DNA from: Lama guanicoe | Taxonomy: Eukaryota | Assembly (NCBI GenBank): GCA_013239625.1 | Contig: MU053156.1 | Coordinates: 250,467 to 314,466, forward strand | Direction of reading: 5' to 3' | DNA length: 64,000 nucleotides | Shown: positions 25,785 through 40,200 of the stretch, in pieces | How positions within the stretch are numbered: the stretch's first letter is position 1 | Layout: each line of letters starts with the position of its first letter | The notes under the pieces: model-generated | What the model saw: only the letters and a program-made list of their open reading frames with translations | What the model was told of the DNA's origin: nothing | The model's database searches: none | Program-made: the position numbers and the translations under genes

Positions 25785-28299
25785 AAAAATCAACCATTAG
25801 TTCAGAATATATGAAGTTTGAGATGCCACATCAGGTTTGTATGGAAATGGGAACAGGTTTACCTGGTTAGATGCAGGATTAAACTCGTTTGGTGTTTTCA
25901 GGTCAAGAACATGAAATAAGGGAGATACAGAATTTGAAAATGAATATAGAGGTATGCTTTGTAAAAAGGTAAATGGGGACCTGCTGAGGGTGATGAGCAG
26001 AGGAGAGGAAGTTCCACCAGATAATTAGAGGTACCTGTTGGTGGTAGAAAAAATATACATAATTTCAATATTAGAGTATGTGACTGAGTGAGCTTGAAGT
26101 ACATGAAGTGATGATCAGAGAGCGTAAACATTTAAATCAAGGTGTTACAGGGCATGTAATTACGGGTCATGAAGAATTAATAGACATGACCATGGGAAAT
26201 GGGCCAAAATCGGGAGGAAGAGGGGAAAAAGATCATAAAATAATTGTCAAAGGATTTAAGCAACCAAGATGGGTGGATTTGCAAGATAGATACTGACGTC
26301 ATGAAGAATGATGACAACAGTGTTAGAGAAAGGGACACAAGCCTGGGGATGGACAGGAACTAAGAGGAGAGGAGATGCTTGAAAGGAACCTTGGGAGAAA
26401 GAAACAGAGCTCGAGAGAGAATGGTCCACAGTCTAGCCATTGATGAACATGGACAGGCTTTTGAGGTGGAAGAAGAGAAATGGTGTAGATACGGCAGCAA
26501 ATGAATAGAGCCACCCAAGAGGACTACATGTCCTCAGGTTTCATTCAGAAAAAGAAAGGAAAAAATGCAAAGAGAATGTGGCATTGGAAAATTTGCTGCT
26601 GACAAAATGAGGTCCTGGGGGAAAAGTGGAAAGGGTATTGGATATTGAAGTGTCGGAGGCTGTGCAGAGCAGACTGGGACTAAGATGCATTTGATCAGGT
26701 GACCCCTGGAAGATGTAGAGGTTACATGGTGCTAATTCAAACCTTACATACATAGCTCCGTACTAACTTCTGTCATGGTGTTTTATTATTTATCATTTAC
26801 AGAGAAATGAGTAGGTCTGGGACTAATGGAAGAAAGGATTATACATGTATTTTCAAAATGAACCACTAGGAGGCCAGGTGTAAGGGTGACTTCTATATCA
26901 GTTCCCGGGGAATAAAAAATTATATTGATAGTGGCAGAAGCTACTCTTGACGGTAAAATGTCAATGATGTCACAGATACTTTCAATTGTAGCAGAGTTTC
27001 AAACCATAATCTGAAATGTTAATACTGTACTTAAACTTTAACAAACTTTCTTTCTCAGTTAAGTTTCAGAATGATTTAATTGAAAGGGAAAGTTAGTCTT
27101 ATATATACGGCTATTGATTTCAAGGAAAGGAAAATGTAGCCACCAAGCTTTTGAGATAATTAACCCCAAGAGAGTGAGGCTTCCTGTTAGTTAAGAACTA
27201 GAGAGCCACCAAGTGGAAACATTCCATTATTAGCAAACTCCTCATCCAAAAGTGTGATTGCTATTTTTCTCCAAAATTAAGGTAAAAATGTAACTTTATT
27301 ATATGTTGAAAGGAAATCTGTCCACCTATACATTTCTGTGATACAACACTCTATTTCAAAGTCATGATGCATGCTTAATTAGATTGATTTGTGACAGAAA
27401 CTGAAAACCCTAACTCTCTCCAGGGCTGACATAGTGAGACATCACACAGACTAATGAAATGCTGAAACTGACTTGAGGAAAAAAACACACATTAATACAC
27501 TGAATTGACACATAAGTTGGGCAAGCTATAATTGCAACTCCGTGAGTAGGAAACAGGAAAAAAACAAAACAAAACAAAACAATAAGCTGAGAGAATAAAA
27601 TAGAACATCATTATTCCAGGAAATATCTTTGAATTTGAGGGGAGAAAATAAAAGGTTCAGAAAGCAAAAATCTGTATATAGGACCAAAATTCTGATATCT
27701 TTAACAGCATAGTGCTTATTTTTCCAATATCGAGTTTCTGGCATATTTTACAAAGGTAACTCTCAGTAAATATTTGTTTAAATGATTGAGTTTCAGGCTG
27801 GAAGAAAAAAACAAACTGATGTAAGAAAAAGACACTGAGTAGTTTCATTAACATAATTTCCTGATATATGTTTCTTTGTTTCATTCCAAATATTTAGAAT
27901 GTGATCATCTTTACATATAGAAAATATTAGAGGCATTACATCCAGTAAATATTAAAATAGGCAAGTGTGTGTCTCTGTGCTGTGTATGTGAGTGTGTGTG
28001 TGTGTCAGATGGCAGTACCAGCAGTGTCTCCAAGCCCTCGTGTGCTCTAGTGGTCCAGGCCCGTCCCACTCTGGTGCGCAGCGGAGAACTCAGAATCTGC
28101 CTGCTGGGTCGTGATGCCCCTCCGGCCACTGCCCAGCGCTCCTCAGAGGGCTGACCCGGAGCCTCTGCACTGCCTCTGGAGGAGCTTCCGGGCTGTCTGT
28201 TGAGCTCCCTGAGCACCTGACCAGCCCTCACACCCCTGACTTAATGCTGATTCTTGCAACTGCCCCACTCTGATCTATCTTTGAGGCCGCCAGCCTGAA

Positions 28300-30250
28300 C
28301 CCCTAATCACCATTCACCACAGAAACCTCCCAGTCATGTTCCATCCTCCTCCTTAAACATCACAGTTATTCGAAGATGGTGCCTCCGCGGTCTCCTCCTG
28401 TGCTGTCCTTAACAGCTAACCCTCCTGGGCATTCTTCTCACTCTAATTCTTCAGTGATTGACAACTGGTCCATCACACCTTCCTCTGATACAATCCCAGT
28501 CTCATTTATTTATTTCAGTATCTGCAGAGTTGACCCAGTTAGAACCCTAGCTTCTCAGGGGAGGGGACCATCTCAGCTCAAAGATCTCAGTCTTCATCCT
28601 ACCTCCAACCTACTCCCACTGCAGGGTTCTCCATGCTCCCAAACCATCGCACGTGATATTCCTGCCATCATCTTAATGTCAAGGATCTCACGCTCCACCA
28701 ATGGCCTCATTCTCCTTTTTAGCTCACTCCTCGTGCTCTGAAAACAACTCTTCAACCCCATAATCCATTGCCCCTACCAACTCTCAAATGTCTTTTAGTC
28801 TGTCCCTGTACCCTTACTTATTGAATTAGATTACGTGGCCCATATCTATACTCACTGCTTGCATACGCCTACAAATCCCCTGCCCCCTTCTCTCCATTAC
28901 TGTAGCCCGATCAAGACCCAAATCTAGTTGAATTCAACACCCAAGCTGTTTCGTGTGAACATGTGAGTAAGTACACGTATCTGAGGATGCTGCACTGTAC
29001 TGTAGACTGAACTCATTTCTAATCCATGATCACTAACTTCAAGGAGTCCCTTATTGCTGCGTATCAGTAATGCTCCATTTTCCTCCTACTCATATGGATA
29101 ACTATTTCACACCTTTTCATTTCACATGACTTCTTATTTTGCTTGAGAAATAGAACAATCAGAGGACACTTTCCAAATGATTCAACCCCACATATTCAAA
29201 ACACCTAAATCAGTACAAATATCCTGCTTTGTCTCCATTGTAATTGATGTAGTGTCCGCCGTCCTGCCTAAGCCTGCTCCTCTGTCTGTGTGCCGCACCC
29301 CAGCCCATCTCTCCTGCTGTTTAAAGATGACCAATTTTGAATGTCCTTCAGCTGCCACTCCATTGCTCTATATTTCTACTACCCTTTATAGGAAAAGTCC
29401 ATTTCTTTCCCTCCATTCACCTGTGAAATGGGTCTACCCAATATTTTCCCCACCATTCTGTCCGATCGCTCTTTTCAAGGGAATCCTTATTTCCAATTGC
29501 CAATTGCAAAGATCAGTTCTCATTTACTCTAACTATATCTAGCCACATTGTTTGAGATAATATAGCACTGTCTTAACATTCTTACAATATTTCCTATTTC
29601 CTGTGATGATTTTTATAGCCCTGACTCACTGACTGCCACTTCCTGGTTTTATTTTCCTGTCTTTTAATTTCTTCAAATAGTAGAGTGCCCAGGGTCTCAT
29701 CTGCAGACCTCCTACTTCCCTATCTAAGCTCCCTTCAAGGTAATCCCAGTTTCCTGGTTTTAAATGCCATGTCTTTGTTGCTGGCATTCAAATGCACATA
29801 TGAAGCTGAGACCTTTCCTCTAGAGTGGAAACTGGTATATCTGAATGCCTCTCTCAGGGTTCCCACTTAGCTGTATTAGATATTCCAGCCAACATGTCCA
29901 AACTGACTTCTTGATCTCAACCCTTCCCGACCATGATTCTCTGTACACACATTTTCTCATTTTAGAGAAATATATTTCAACCTTTCAATGGAGCAAAAAA
30001 GAAAGCTTAGCATTATCCTTGACTTCTTTTTTATCTCTTGATTCACATCCAGTCCTTCAGCAAATTTTGAATCTTCCCTTTAGAAATATATTCCAAATCT
30101 GATCCTTAATTATCACCGTCATATGACTTCCTGGTGGCAGTGGCAGTCACCACCATCTCTAGGATGTATGTCATAGTACCTTCCTCACTGGTGTCCTTGT
30201 GTCTTCCCTTGGGGTCATGCAACAACATTCCACTCTAGGAGAAGGATGGG
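28300..30250 (+). mobile_element. Degraded L2 LINE
   Basis: Long C/T-rich stretch with L2 motifs aacatgtccaaactgacttcttgatct and agaaatatattccaaatctga. Confidence 0.55.
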
Positions 30251-33095
30251 ATGGTTCCTCAAAGCAGCACCTGCTGGCTAGAATATAAGTTCCATCTGTT
30301 ACACTTGTCTTTTTTCTACTGCTGTAGAAGAGCGTTTCACTGTTGTGAGAGACTCTTCAAGTATTCTTTTTTTTTTTCATTTTCTGCAATTACTGTAGCT
30401 CATGAACTCCATTTTATTTTCAAATTATTAGCACTCCCAACTAACATATCCTTCAGTATTTCAGAGAATCATTGCCTTTCTGTTCCACCTGCCTGATGAC
30501 TCCAAGCCATCAATTATCCCTTTCCCTTTCCCACCAGGTTGCACTTGTGCCCTCCCTGCTGCCAGTTTGTAGGCACAGGTGAAAAGGAACTCCTGTCTAA
30601 CACTATGTTGTCTGTGGTCAGGAGATGCCAGTTGGATTCTTATGTCTAATGTCTTAGTGTCTTTCTCAAGCAAGCACTTTTATTTCCTCTCTCATCTAAT
30701 CATAGGAATGTAGATCCAGTACATCTGTGCAAGTAGAGAAACTGATGCCATCATCACCTTTCTATTCTCCTCTCTTCATTTACTTCTTCCCCAACTCCAC
30801 ACTCCCCCCACCCCAGATTCAGAATAGAAGAGTAAACGCTTGGGTTGAGGTGTGTGGATATAGCAGGGGAGAAGATAAAGGAGGTCCTCATTGGTGCTGT
30901 TTGAGTTCAGTGCAGCATCTCAAGAATTTGGTAGAAATACACATTTGCAGTCCTCACTGGGACATATTGAATTAGAAACTCTAGGGGCAAGGGACAGTGA
31001 TTTTTGTTTTAAACAGCTCTTCAGGAGAGTCTAACATGGCTAAACTCTGGTGCAGCTAGTGTGAGAATCACTTTTAGAAAAATATACATTTTAAGATAAC
31101 AATGCACAGATAATTTTTTAGCTAAAGGCATTTAAGTCAAAAGGCTTCTATTTTTCTTATTTTCAGTGACTCTCATAATTTCCTTTGAGAAAAGAAAAAT
31201 AGACTTCCAGACTAATTTTTGTCACCGTTTTAACTTCATGCTTTATTAGTTTATATTGATGACATCACCATCACTTCATCTGAGTCAAAGTTAGTGAATT
31301 TTTTAACTATCCATGGTGAGTCGTGGGAGGGATAAGAATCTGGGTGCTGGAAATCCTGTTTTTGTGTTTCAAATTTCACCACATTCTTACTGATTTCTGA
31401 GCTCAGATTTTCACTCTTCATTTGAATTGGACTGTGTTATTTCTGACTCATTAAAGCAGTTCAGTTTTTACTCTCCTATCAATTCCCTAATATTTCCTAA
31501 TATCTCCTGTCAAGCTCTATTAACAAGTAGTCTAATTTAGCCAAAGGAAGAGACAATGTTTTTAATTATGTAGATTCAAATGAGCACAATGTATGTTGTG
31601 CTCAGTGTGAATTCTTAAAAAACATGGGCAATCCCAACAATTAGAACCCATATGCTGGCACATAGTAATTTCATGAGTTGTTTGTTAATCTCAAAGTTGT
31701 TACAGCTTGTTACCTACTTGATGTATCCATCCTAGAGAAACCCAGCTTGCGTCCCGGTAACATTCATCCTACCCAAAACACACTTTATAAAGCATTCAAG
31801 GTCAAATTCCATAATTTTAAGTATATTAATAATAGAAAAATAAACTGAGGAATGACAGTAATACCTCCAGCTATCTCATTTTCCCTTTGATGATAAAATT
31901 TAAAACAAAGCCATCTAGACGACCAGAATAATGTTAATAAGGACCAATAAAAGTATCATACTTGATAAAGAATAAATTTTATATATAAAGGTACATTTAC
32001 CCCATTTATATAATGCTATCCATATTTTTAAAAGTGCATTACTTTTCTAAGTAGATTCACAAATATACTAGCACTATAAAGCTTAGAACCAGAAACTATA
32101 ATTAAAAAGTCAATCATCTTTAAAAGGATGGATTTATCAGTAAGTGAATATAAGATTGAATGCACTCACTAATTTCACGGGATGGGTAAGATCTAAGGTA
32201 GTGAAATGATGAGGTTTCTCTTCATTCTCTTTTGAAAATGTGAAATTTTAAAAACTGAATATGTTGTTTTTGTAAATGTGTGTTTAGATTCCTTTGAAAT
32301 TGATGAAAGTACCGTTCACTGTACATCTGTGATGTACATGAAAGTTTCTTTTCAGTGTGTTTTAAGGCCTTCCTGTACCAGAACTTTTAATTTTTTTGTA
32401 TGAATATTCAAAAATTTTGAGGCTGTTTACTGCCCTTAAATAACGCCCAACAGTACTTACTTTAAGCAGCTGGATAAAAGTCAAGCAAGTGAGAAGAGTA
32501 CAAATTGTAATTCTTAACAGTGGGAGAAAGTATCTACAAAGCTATTTAAAATGGTCTAAAATTATAGGCCCAAATAACAAGGTCACTTCTGTCATTTACA
32601 AGTGGGTAATTTTTAGCAAGTTTTTATTTAAATAAGGCACTGCTTCCTGAAACTTTGCCTAAAGATCCTAAATGAATATCAGCTGAGGTCTGTGAATTGC
32701 AGAAAGAGATATTACTCTATATTTTCATAATATAATATTAATGCTGTATGTATGCAGTAGAAATGATACTGTGGATACTTACATCATCTCTTCTTTCTAA
32801 ACCTTCAAATATTATTCAGTTATCCTACAAATTTCCATTATAAAACAAAATACATTTTATAACTGTATGCTCAAATTATGTCTGAGAATTTCTCAAGTAT
32901 TTATTTAAAACCAATACCGCAATGTTTAAATAGCCCATAAAAACACATTCACATTTTTCTACTTTAACTGGAAATAAAATATTGTAAGTCATTATATAAA
33001 ATTTAATCTTGAAACAGAGCGTTGTTTTATTTCTGCCCACATGGCTTTAAAATTCATATATTTTTGTTTAAAAATAGGAAATTAATTAATCATAC

Positions 33096-33223
33096 CTGCA
33101 ATGATCATCTTTGTCATATTTTATACTTGTGGCATCAGTCTTGCAAGGAAATGACTCGTGTGGTGTTTGAAGTCGCTTACAAAGCTTGCCTGTCAACATT
33201 GGTGAACACATGCATATGATATC
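33096..33223 (-). pseudogene. EYS: EYS exon copy (equivalent to human exon 7, 128 nt)
   Basis: ttttctag|GAT ... GCAG|gtatg. Encodes DIICMCSPMLTGKLCKRLQTPHESFPCKTDATSIKYDKDDHC, versus recalled human EYS DVMCICSPIFTDLLCKSIQTSCESFPLRNNATCKKCEKDYPC. Confidence 0.85.
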
Positions 33224-33344
33224 CTAGAAAAGATTAAAAGGTAATTTTTTACAAAAATGTTTAGGTATTTCAAATATAATGAACAGATTCTTACATGGGG
33301 AGGGAGAAAACTATTTACATAAGCAGGTAGTAGAATTTCTCGGT

Positions 33345-33690
33345 GTGACATTGTGGAATATTCTATTTTCCAGAACATCCCAACATCATTTCCCATGTCA
33401 CAACCTGTTCCTACTACGGTATTTCAACACTCCCCTAACTGAGAGTTGAGGACTACACTTCCCTCCTTGAGTGTAAGCAAGCTGTAACTCTGGGGAAAAG
33501 ATGTTCTGTGACTTTCAAGGCTAGGTTTAAAAGACCTCTAATTGTCTTGGGGTGCTCATTATTGGAACCCAGCCACCGTGCTGTGAGGAAGACCAAGCCA
33601 CATGGAGAAGTTATATTTAGGGTTCTGGCTGAGAGTTGGACCTGGTTGACAGCCAGCATCTACCACCAGGCATGCAAGGAAGTCATTAAA
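33345..33690 (+). mobile_element. MLT1-type LTR in the intron between the EYS exons
   Basis: Motifs ctgtgactttcaaggctagg, ggaacccagccaccgtgctgtgaggaag and gacagccagcatc. Confidence 0.7.
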
Positions 33691-34135
33691 ATATGAATAT
33701 GAATTCATATTACAAATCCAAGTATGAATCTTATTAAAAGGAAAGATATTCATTTGTAGGAATTATTAAATGGCTTCCTAGTCTTACCTCTTTGACTGTT
33801 AAATTTAAAACTTAAAATGTAATAGTAAATATAATGAAATAATAAAGAAAAATTGTTTCAAATAACTAAAAATGAAAATTTAGACAATTACATTGTTCAC
33901 AGGGAGAATTCTGGCAGAAGAACAAAAAAATGAAATTGAAGAGTATTTTTGAATTTATGGTTTCTATTTAAAATAGGAAAAATGAAAGTAAACAAGTTAA
34001 GTAGCTTTTCTGATTTTTATGAATTAAAAAATTATAATGTTAATTAGAACTCTAATTACTTGTACTTTTCAGACAGGTTAGGAATGATAAAAACTGTTTT
34101 CAAATATCTCCCTTGTATGACAGATTCACACTTAC

Positions 34136-34328
34136 CTTTGGAATATGAATGCAGTCAGTATCATTCTGACATGGTATCGGTGAACACTCAATGACATCAG
34201 TTTCACAATTTTGATTGAGAAAGCCTCTGGGCATTCCCCAGTGTAAGCAGAGCTCTCATTTTGACTAATTCCTCCTTTCCAGCAAGACTGAGAAACACAG
34301 TGTTCCATTGACTCCTCACAGATTGGGC
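34136..34328 (-). pseudogene. EYS: EYS exon copy (equivalent to human exon 6), EGF-like repeats, with a 1-nt frameshift
   Basis: ttttaag|GC ... AAG|gtaagt. Encodes GPICEESMEHCVSQSCWKGGISQNESSAYTGECP/[frameshift]/GFLNQNCETDVIECSPIPCQNDTDCIHIPK, versus recalled human GPFCEVSAKPCVSLLFWKRGICPNSSSAYTYECPKGSSSQNGETDVSEFSLVPCQNGTDCIKISN. Confidence 0.87.
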
Positions 34329-37260
34329 CTTAAAAGATGATGCACACAGAAAAAGTAAATACGATCATAGACATGTAGCCAAGTTAGTATAGAAAAAGGC
34401 TCTGGAGTTCATGATGAAATCTTTTCTAACACATTCATCATGGTGTAATTTACATATCATAGAATTCACCCATTGCAAATCTAGAATCCAATAATTTTTG
34501 CAAATGTGTGGAGCTATTGGACCCTCAGCACCAGTGTTAGCACATCTCCATTATCAAAGAAGAGCTCTTATATGGTCCCTTCTTGTCTCCAGCTCCACCC
34601 CCATGTGACCATTCATCTCTCTGTCTCTAGAGATTGCTGTTTCTGGGCATTTCATACAGATGGAATGATAACAACATACTATCTTTCGTGATTGGCTTCT
34701 TTTCCTTAGAATAAAGTTTTTGAGGATTTTTCATGTTGCATCACTACCTTGTTACTTTCTATTGCCAAAGAACCAATTCAAAACTATACAATATTTTGTT
34801 TATTCACTCACAAGTTGGCAAACATTTGGCTTGTTTTCGCTTTTCGACTTTTTTACTGAGATATAATTGACATATAGCATTATGTTAGTTTCAGGTGTGT
34901 AATGTAATGACTCAGTGTATGTTTATATTGTGAGATCATCACCACCATAAATCTAGTTAACATTCATCATAGCACATGGTTACAATTTTTATCAAATTCT
35001 CCTTTTGTCAATTTCTGTCTTCCTTTGTTTACTTCTTGGTCAGTTCAACTAAAAATATGTCAAGTTTTGTTTTTATCAAAAACCAGTGTTTGTTTTTATC
35101 AATTTCTCTTGTCAGTTTTAATGATTTTGCCATTAATCCTTTCTTTTGTGTCTTCTGGGTTCAGTTTGCTCTTCTTTTCTAGTTATTCAAGGTAGAAACT
35201 TAGACTATTGCTTTAAGACATTTTTCTTTCTTAATGTGGAAATTTAAAACCATAAACTTCCCTGGAAGCATTGTTTTAGTTAAATTTCATAAATTTTGAT
35301 ATGCTGTGGATATGTGTATTCCACTTTCTTTGACTCAGGTTATCTTAGAAATTTGTTTAATCTCCAAATATTTGGAGATTTCTTAAAATTTTTCTGCCAT
35401 GAATTTCTAATTTAATTCTATTAGGATTGGAGAGCATGTATCATATAATGCTAATTCTTTCAGACTTATGAGACTAGATTTGTGGCCATGTTCACTTGTT
35501 GACACATTGTCTACCAACAGCAGAATTGAACGTATGCGCTCTTGGCACTGATTGCAATGTGAGAGTGGATACCTTCTTAAATTTGTACCCCAGGAAAGAG
35601 GCTCCCACTAATCCCCACCCTAAGATTGTGTGAATAGAACAAATAAAGTGGTGACCTTAAGGCCTAAGTCTGGTAGCCCCACTGCAGCTTTCATAAGACC
35701 AGGATCAATATATGTTTCATCTTAGAGTTGGGAGGCGTTTGTCAGCGATGGGTCAGCATGTAGCTATAGGCACTTCCTAGTGGCAATTAAAGGTACCTGC
35801 AGGACTGGCCTGACAAGCCTCACCTTACCTGGTAAGTCCTGGGCTTCAAAATGGAACATACTCCTTTACTCCTTGTTGGCCTGAATAGACAATTCATACA
35901 TGCTGGGGAGAGCTGAATGGGGGCATGTTTGACTTCCTGCTAAAAATGGCATACCTGGCCTCCAGAAATTATCTACAGAAATTAAAAACATACACATATA
36001 TATTTCAAGTTCATAAACCTTGTCAACCAATCACTCTGTAACCTAAGGCCAACACATATACAACATGTTCATTGGAAAAAAAGCCTTATACAAAACTCCA
36101 ATTATTGTTACTTAGCAACAATATATAAGCCCCCCCCCAAAAAACTTAGAATATATGCTGTTAATGGATTTGAAGCTTGAATTGTGTGCCAAATTCTAAA
36201 ATATAAAGGCAATATAAAATGTTGAATGATCACAGTATTGACATTGTTGTATTAAAATAACTCAACATCTAACTTCAGGGTATTAGTACCTGGATAATTA
36301 CTCTGATCACACAAAGAATAATCAATATGTATTTCTCAATGTTGTGATATACTAACATTATCATATTAAATAATTATAGGAAATAAGATTTAATAATATT
36401 TAAGACATAAAGGTTAGTTAGCATCATGGGAAGAATTATTTGAATGATATGACTTCATATGTATGTAATGCTTGCAGTTTCTATGGCACTTACATTCATA
36501 ATATCTGATAAAATCCTTAAGATAAACTTGAGATGTATAACACATCATTATTATCTAGTTTTATGTTTGAATTTTTTTTTAAATGAAAAACTCATTTTGC
36601 TAGCGGTTAAGCAACTTGCAACATGCCAGACGGTTGATTAATGGCAGGTTAATAATAAAAAAGTGTGCATTCCACTTAATCCTATTATAATTCACCTCAA
36701 CATATGCCCGCTAGATTTGTTCTTTAAAAAAGAGATTAAGTTTCAAAAATCACTTGATTGCTAGCGTTAGTCTTTTAGACAGTTAGATAAGGGGGGGGGC
36801 ACCAGGTAGACGAGGTGGAGGAGAGATTGGATGGTCTCTCCTCTCTAGATATTTTAGATAACATATTGTAACAACTCTAAACAATGATCCACGCTCCCCC
36901 CAACCCATGGATTTTTGTCTTTGTTGTTTATTTATTTGCTTGCTTGTTTAGTGACTTGGTTGTGTTAGGTAATTAGGTAAGTGGGTGCACCAGGTAGACA
37001 AGGTGGAGGAGACGGAGGAGGGTCCAGAAAATGGTGACGTGCCTGCCTTCAGCATGAAGGGGCTTTGCTTCCTCTAAATGAGCGTCAGCAGGAAACCGCT
37101 TAGAACCTGACAGCCACAACTGCATGGTAGTGACAAGGACATAACCTGACGTGACCCAATGCTCACTGTAATATAATTAGCATTGTGGTTTAGGCACCAC
37201 CCCCACCGCAGGCCTTTCTGTGTGCATCATGGGTAGGGACATGTGCAAAAGGGGATGGAC

Positions 37261-40200
37261 GGGGAGGAGCCAAGATGGCAGAGTAGAGAGACCCCCAGCT
37301 TGCCATCTGCCACAAATAAACCAAGAATTACATCTACAAGCTCACTGAATCACACAGAACAACTAATGCACTCTGTCAGAGTGTCTCTCATTTCAAAATA
37401 CAAGAGGATTCTCAGAAAATCTGGTAAGAAAAAAAAGAAAAAACTCGGTTCAGGGCCAGTCTTTCAGGGACTGACTGGCACAGGAAGAAAGGCGCCCTCA
37501 CCCTGGGATGCCCCCTCTATCGCCAGGTGGTCAGCGGGGACAGAAGCGGGGCTTCCGTGGTTCAGAGGAGAAAGTGGCAACTGCGTGGCAGACAGAACTA
37601 CGGGAAACTGATGCAGAGGGTCCCTGTGACCCCCAGCCCTAGATGCGAGCCAGCAGGGACAAGCCAGGACTGGCTTCAGGAGATTGCTGAGCAGCCCAGG
37701 CAGAGGGCTGGGCCCCAGTCCACAGAGGCAGCCTCAGGCGACTGGAGGATGGTGTGACTTCTGGCTGGGGGTGTGTGTGGAACAGAACAACCTGGGACCC
37801 TCATAAAACACCACGGCTGGTGTGAGTGAGGGGAGGGGCGCGATGCATCCATGCCATGGCCGCTTTCTCTGCTTCGTTCCGTTGTTACTGTGTCCACATG
37901 AGAAGAGAGGTGGCGCTTGGTCATAGCCATCACTGCTGTGGGGAGGCAGGGCTGAAGCTGAATCCACACCCAGTGGCCCTGCAGCCAGTGGCACAGGCAG
38001 GACTGAGGTTTGTTTACAGTCCCAGGCAGAGAGGGCAGTTATGCTCTTCCTGGACCTTCTGTGGACCCACGCCTCTGGGGTGAACATGCAGTGCGCAGAG
38101 CTCTGACCCATGGTGTGGGCGGGCACAGGTACTCACAACAGGCTGGTGGGCCCTACTGTGTGTGCAGGTGGGGCTGGAGTCGGCACTGAAACCCTGGCAT
38201 GCCGCAGGCTCAGGCTTGTGACTGCACGCCTGCTATGGCAGGTCCTAGCTCCTGACATTGGCAGATCTGGACTCGTGGTTACTGGGGCTCAGAACCTGGG
38301 GGATGGCAGAGCTGGTGGCTGACATTCCTGCAGCTAAGGTGGAGACAAAGGGAGTGTCAATAAAGAGCATCTTGTAAGCCTGTGTAACAAGTGACAGTTA
38401 ACTTCCAAGTGGACACGCCCTGCCTACTCTCCTTCCCAGCTGCAGTGCTCCCACCCCACCTACCACATGGCACAGCTCACAAATGGGTATAGAAGCCGAT
38501 ATTCTAGGGAGCAGACTTGGGCACTGACAAGGCTGTGACAACTACAGAATGAAAAAGGAGGTCCAGCTCAACAACAATCAGGGCAGGCACCGAGCACCAT
38601 GCCCCCAGCCACACGGCCCGTCGTACGAGTGAAATGAAGAAGCAGAGGAACCACTCCCAGTTAGAAGAGCAAGAGAAATCCCATGAAAATACAGTTAATG
38701 AAATAGACCTCAGTAGTCTACTAGATCATGACTTCAGAAAGGGAATGATGAATGCATGGAAGGAACTAAAAGAGACTATCAATAGAGACACAGAATACTT
38801 TAAAAAGGAAATTAAACTATAAAGAAGAGCCAATTAAAAACAAACAACTCAATGTCTGAGATAAGAGCCAAGGTAAAAGCTGTCAAAAGCAGACTAGACA
38901 AGGCAGAGGAATGAATAAGTGTCTTAAAGACAGGACAACAGAAGGCAATCAGAACAGCAGACAGAAAAGCAACTAAGAACCAGTTAAAGCAACATAAGGG
39001 ACCTATGGGATCGTAGAAAGCATGCCGACCTATGCATCGTAGGGGTCCCAGAAGGAGAAGAAAGAGAAAAGGGGATCGTAAAGTATTCTAAGAAATCACG
39101 ACCGAAAACTTTCCAAACCTATAGAAGGAAGCAGATACCCAAGTGCAGGAGGCACAGGGATTTCCAGACAAGAAGAACCCGAACAGACATTCACCAAGAC
39201 ATATTATAATTAAGTAGAAAGAAAGGATTCTAAAGGCAGTAAGAGACAAACAAAGAGTTCGTTACAAGGCAACCTGCATAAGGCTTTCAGCTGATTTCTC
39301 TACACAAACACTGCTGGCTAGAAGGGAGAGGCAAGATACATTCAAAGTCCTGAATGAGAAAGAGCTGCAACTTAGGATATTTTATCTGGCAAGACTATCT
39401 GTTACAGTAGAAGAAAAAGAAAGAATTTCACAGACAAGCAAAAGCTAGGAATTCAGCAATACTAAATCCATATGTTAAGAGAAATATTGAAAGGTCTGCC
39501 CTAAATAGAAAAGAAACAGGAAGCTACAGAAATGAGAAAGCCATAATTGGAGATGTGATAACTACAATGAGTTGCAAGAGCATAAACATGAAGACATAAA
39601 AATAAATAAATAAAAATAAAGAACATAAAAATCATAAAAAGGTGGGAGAGGAAAGCAAGAAAATATAGATTTTTTTCTCTCTCTTTTTCTTTTATTTTTC
39701 TTCTTTCTTTCTTCTTTTTTTAGGATGTGTTTGAGCCTACATGACTATCAGTCTAAAGCAAACAGATATAGTAAGAGGTTAACATACTTGAAAAATAGGA
39801 TAACCAGAAATCAAAAGCATACAACAGAGTCACAAAAGCCAAGAAGAAACCAAGCTAATACAAAAGAAAGTTATCAAACCACAAAAAGGAAAATAAAGAA
39901 ATAAAGAAGAAATACCAAATCAACTGGAAAACAAAAGTCAAAATGGTAGTAAACACACATCTATCATTACCGTAAATGTCAGTGGATTAGATGCTCCAGT
40001 ATAAAGACACAGAGTGGCAGATTGAATACTCCAACCAAAGCTTACAACATGCTGCCTACAAGAGACCCACTTTAAAGTGAAGCACACACACAGGTTGAAA
40101 GTGAGAGGAGGGAAAGATCTTTCATGTAAATGGAAATGACAAGAATGCGAGAATAGCAATACTCATATCAGACAAAATAGACTTTAAAACAAAGGCCATA

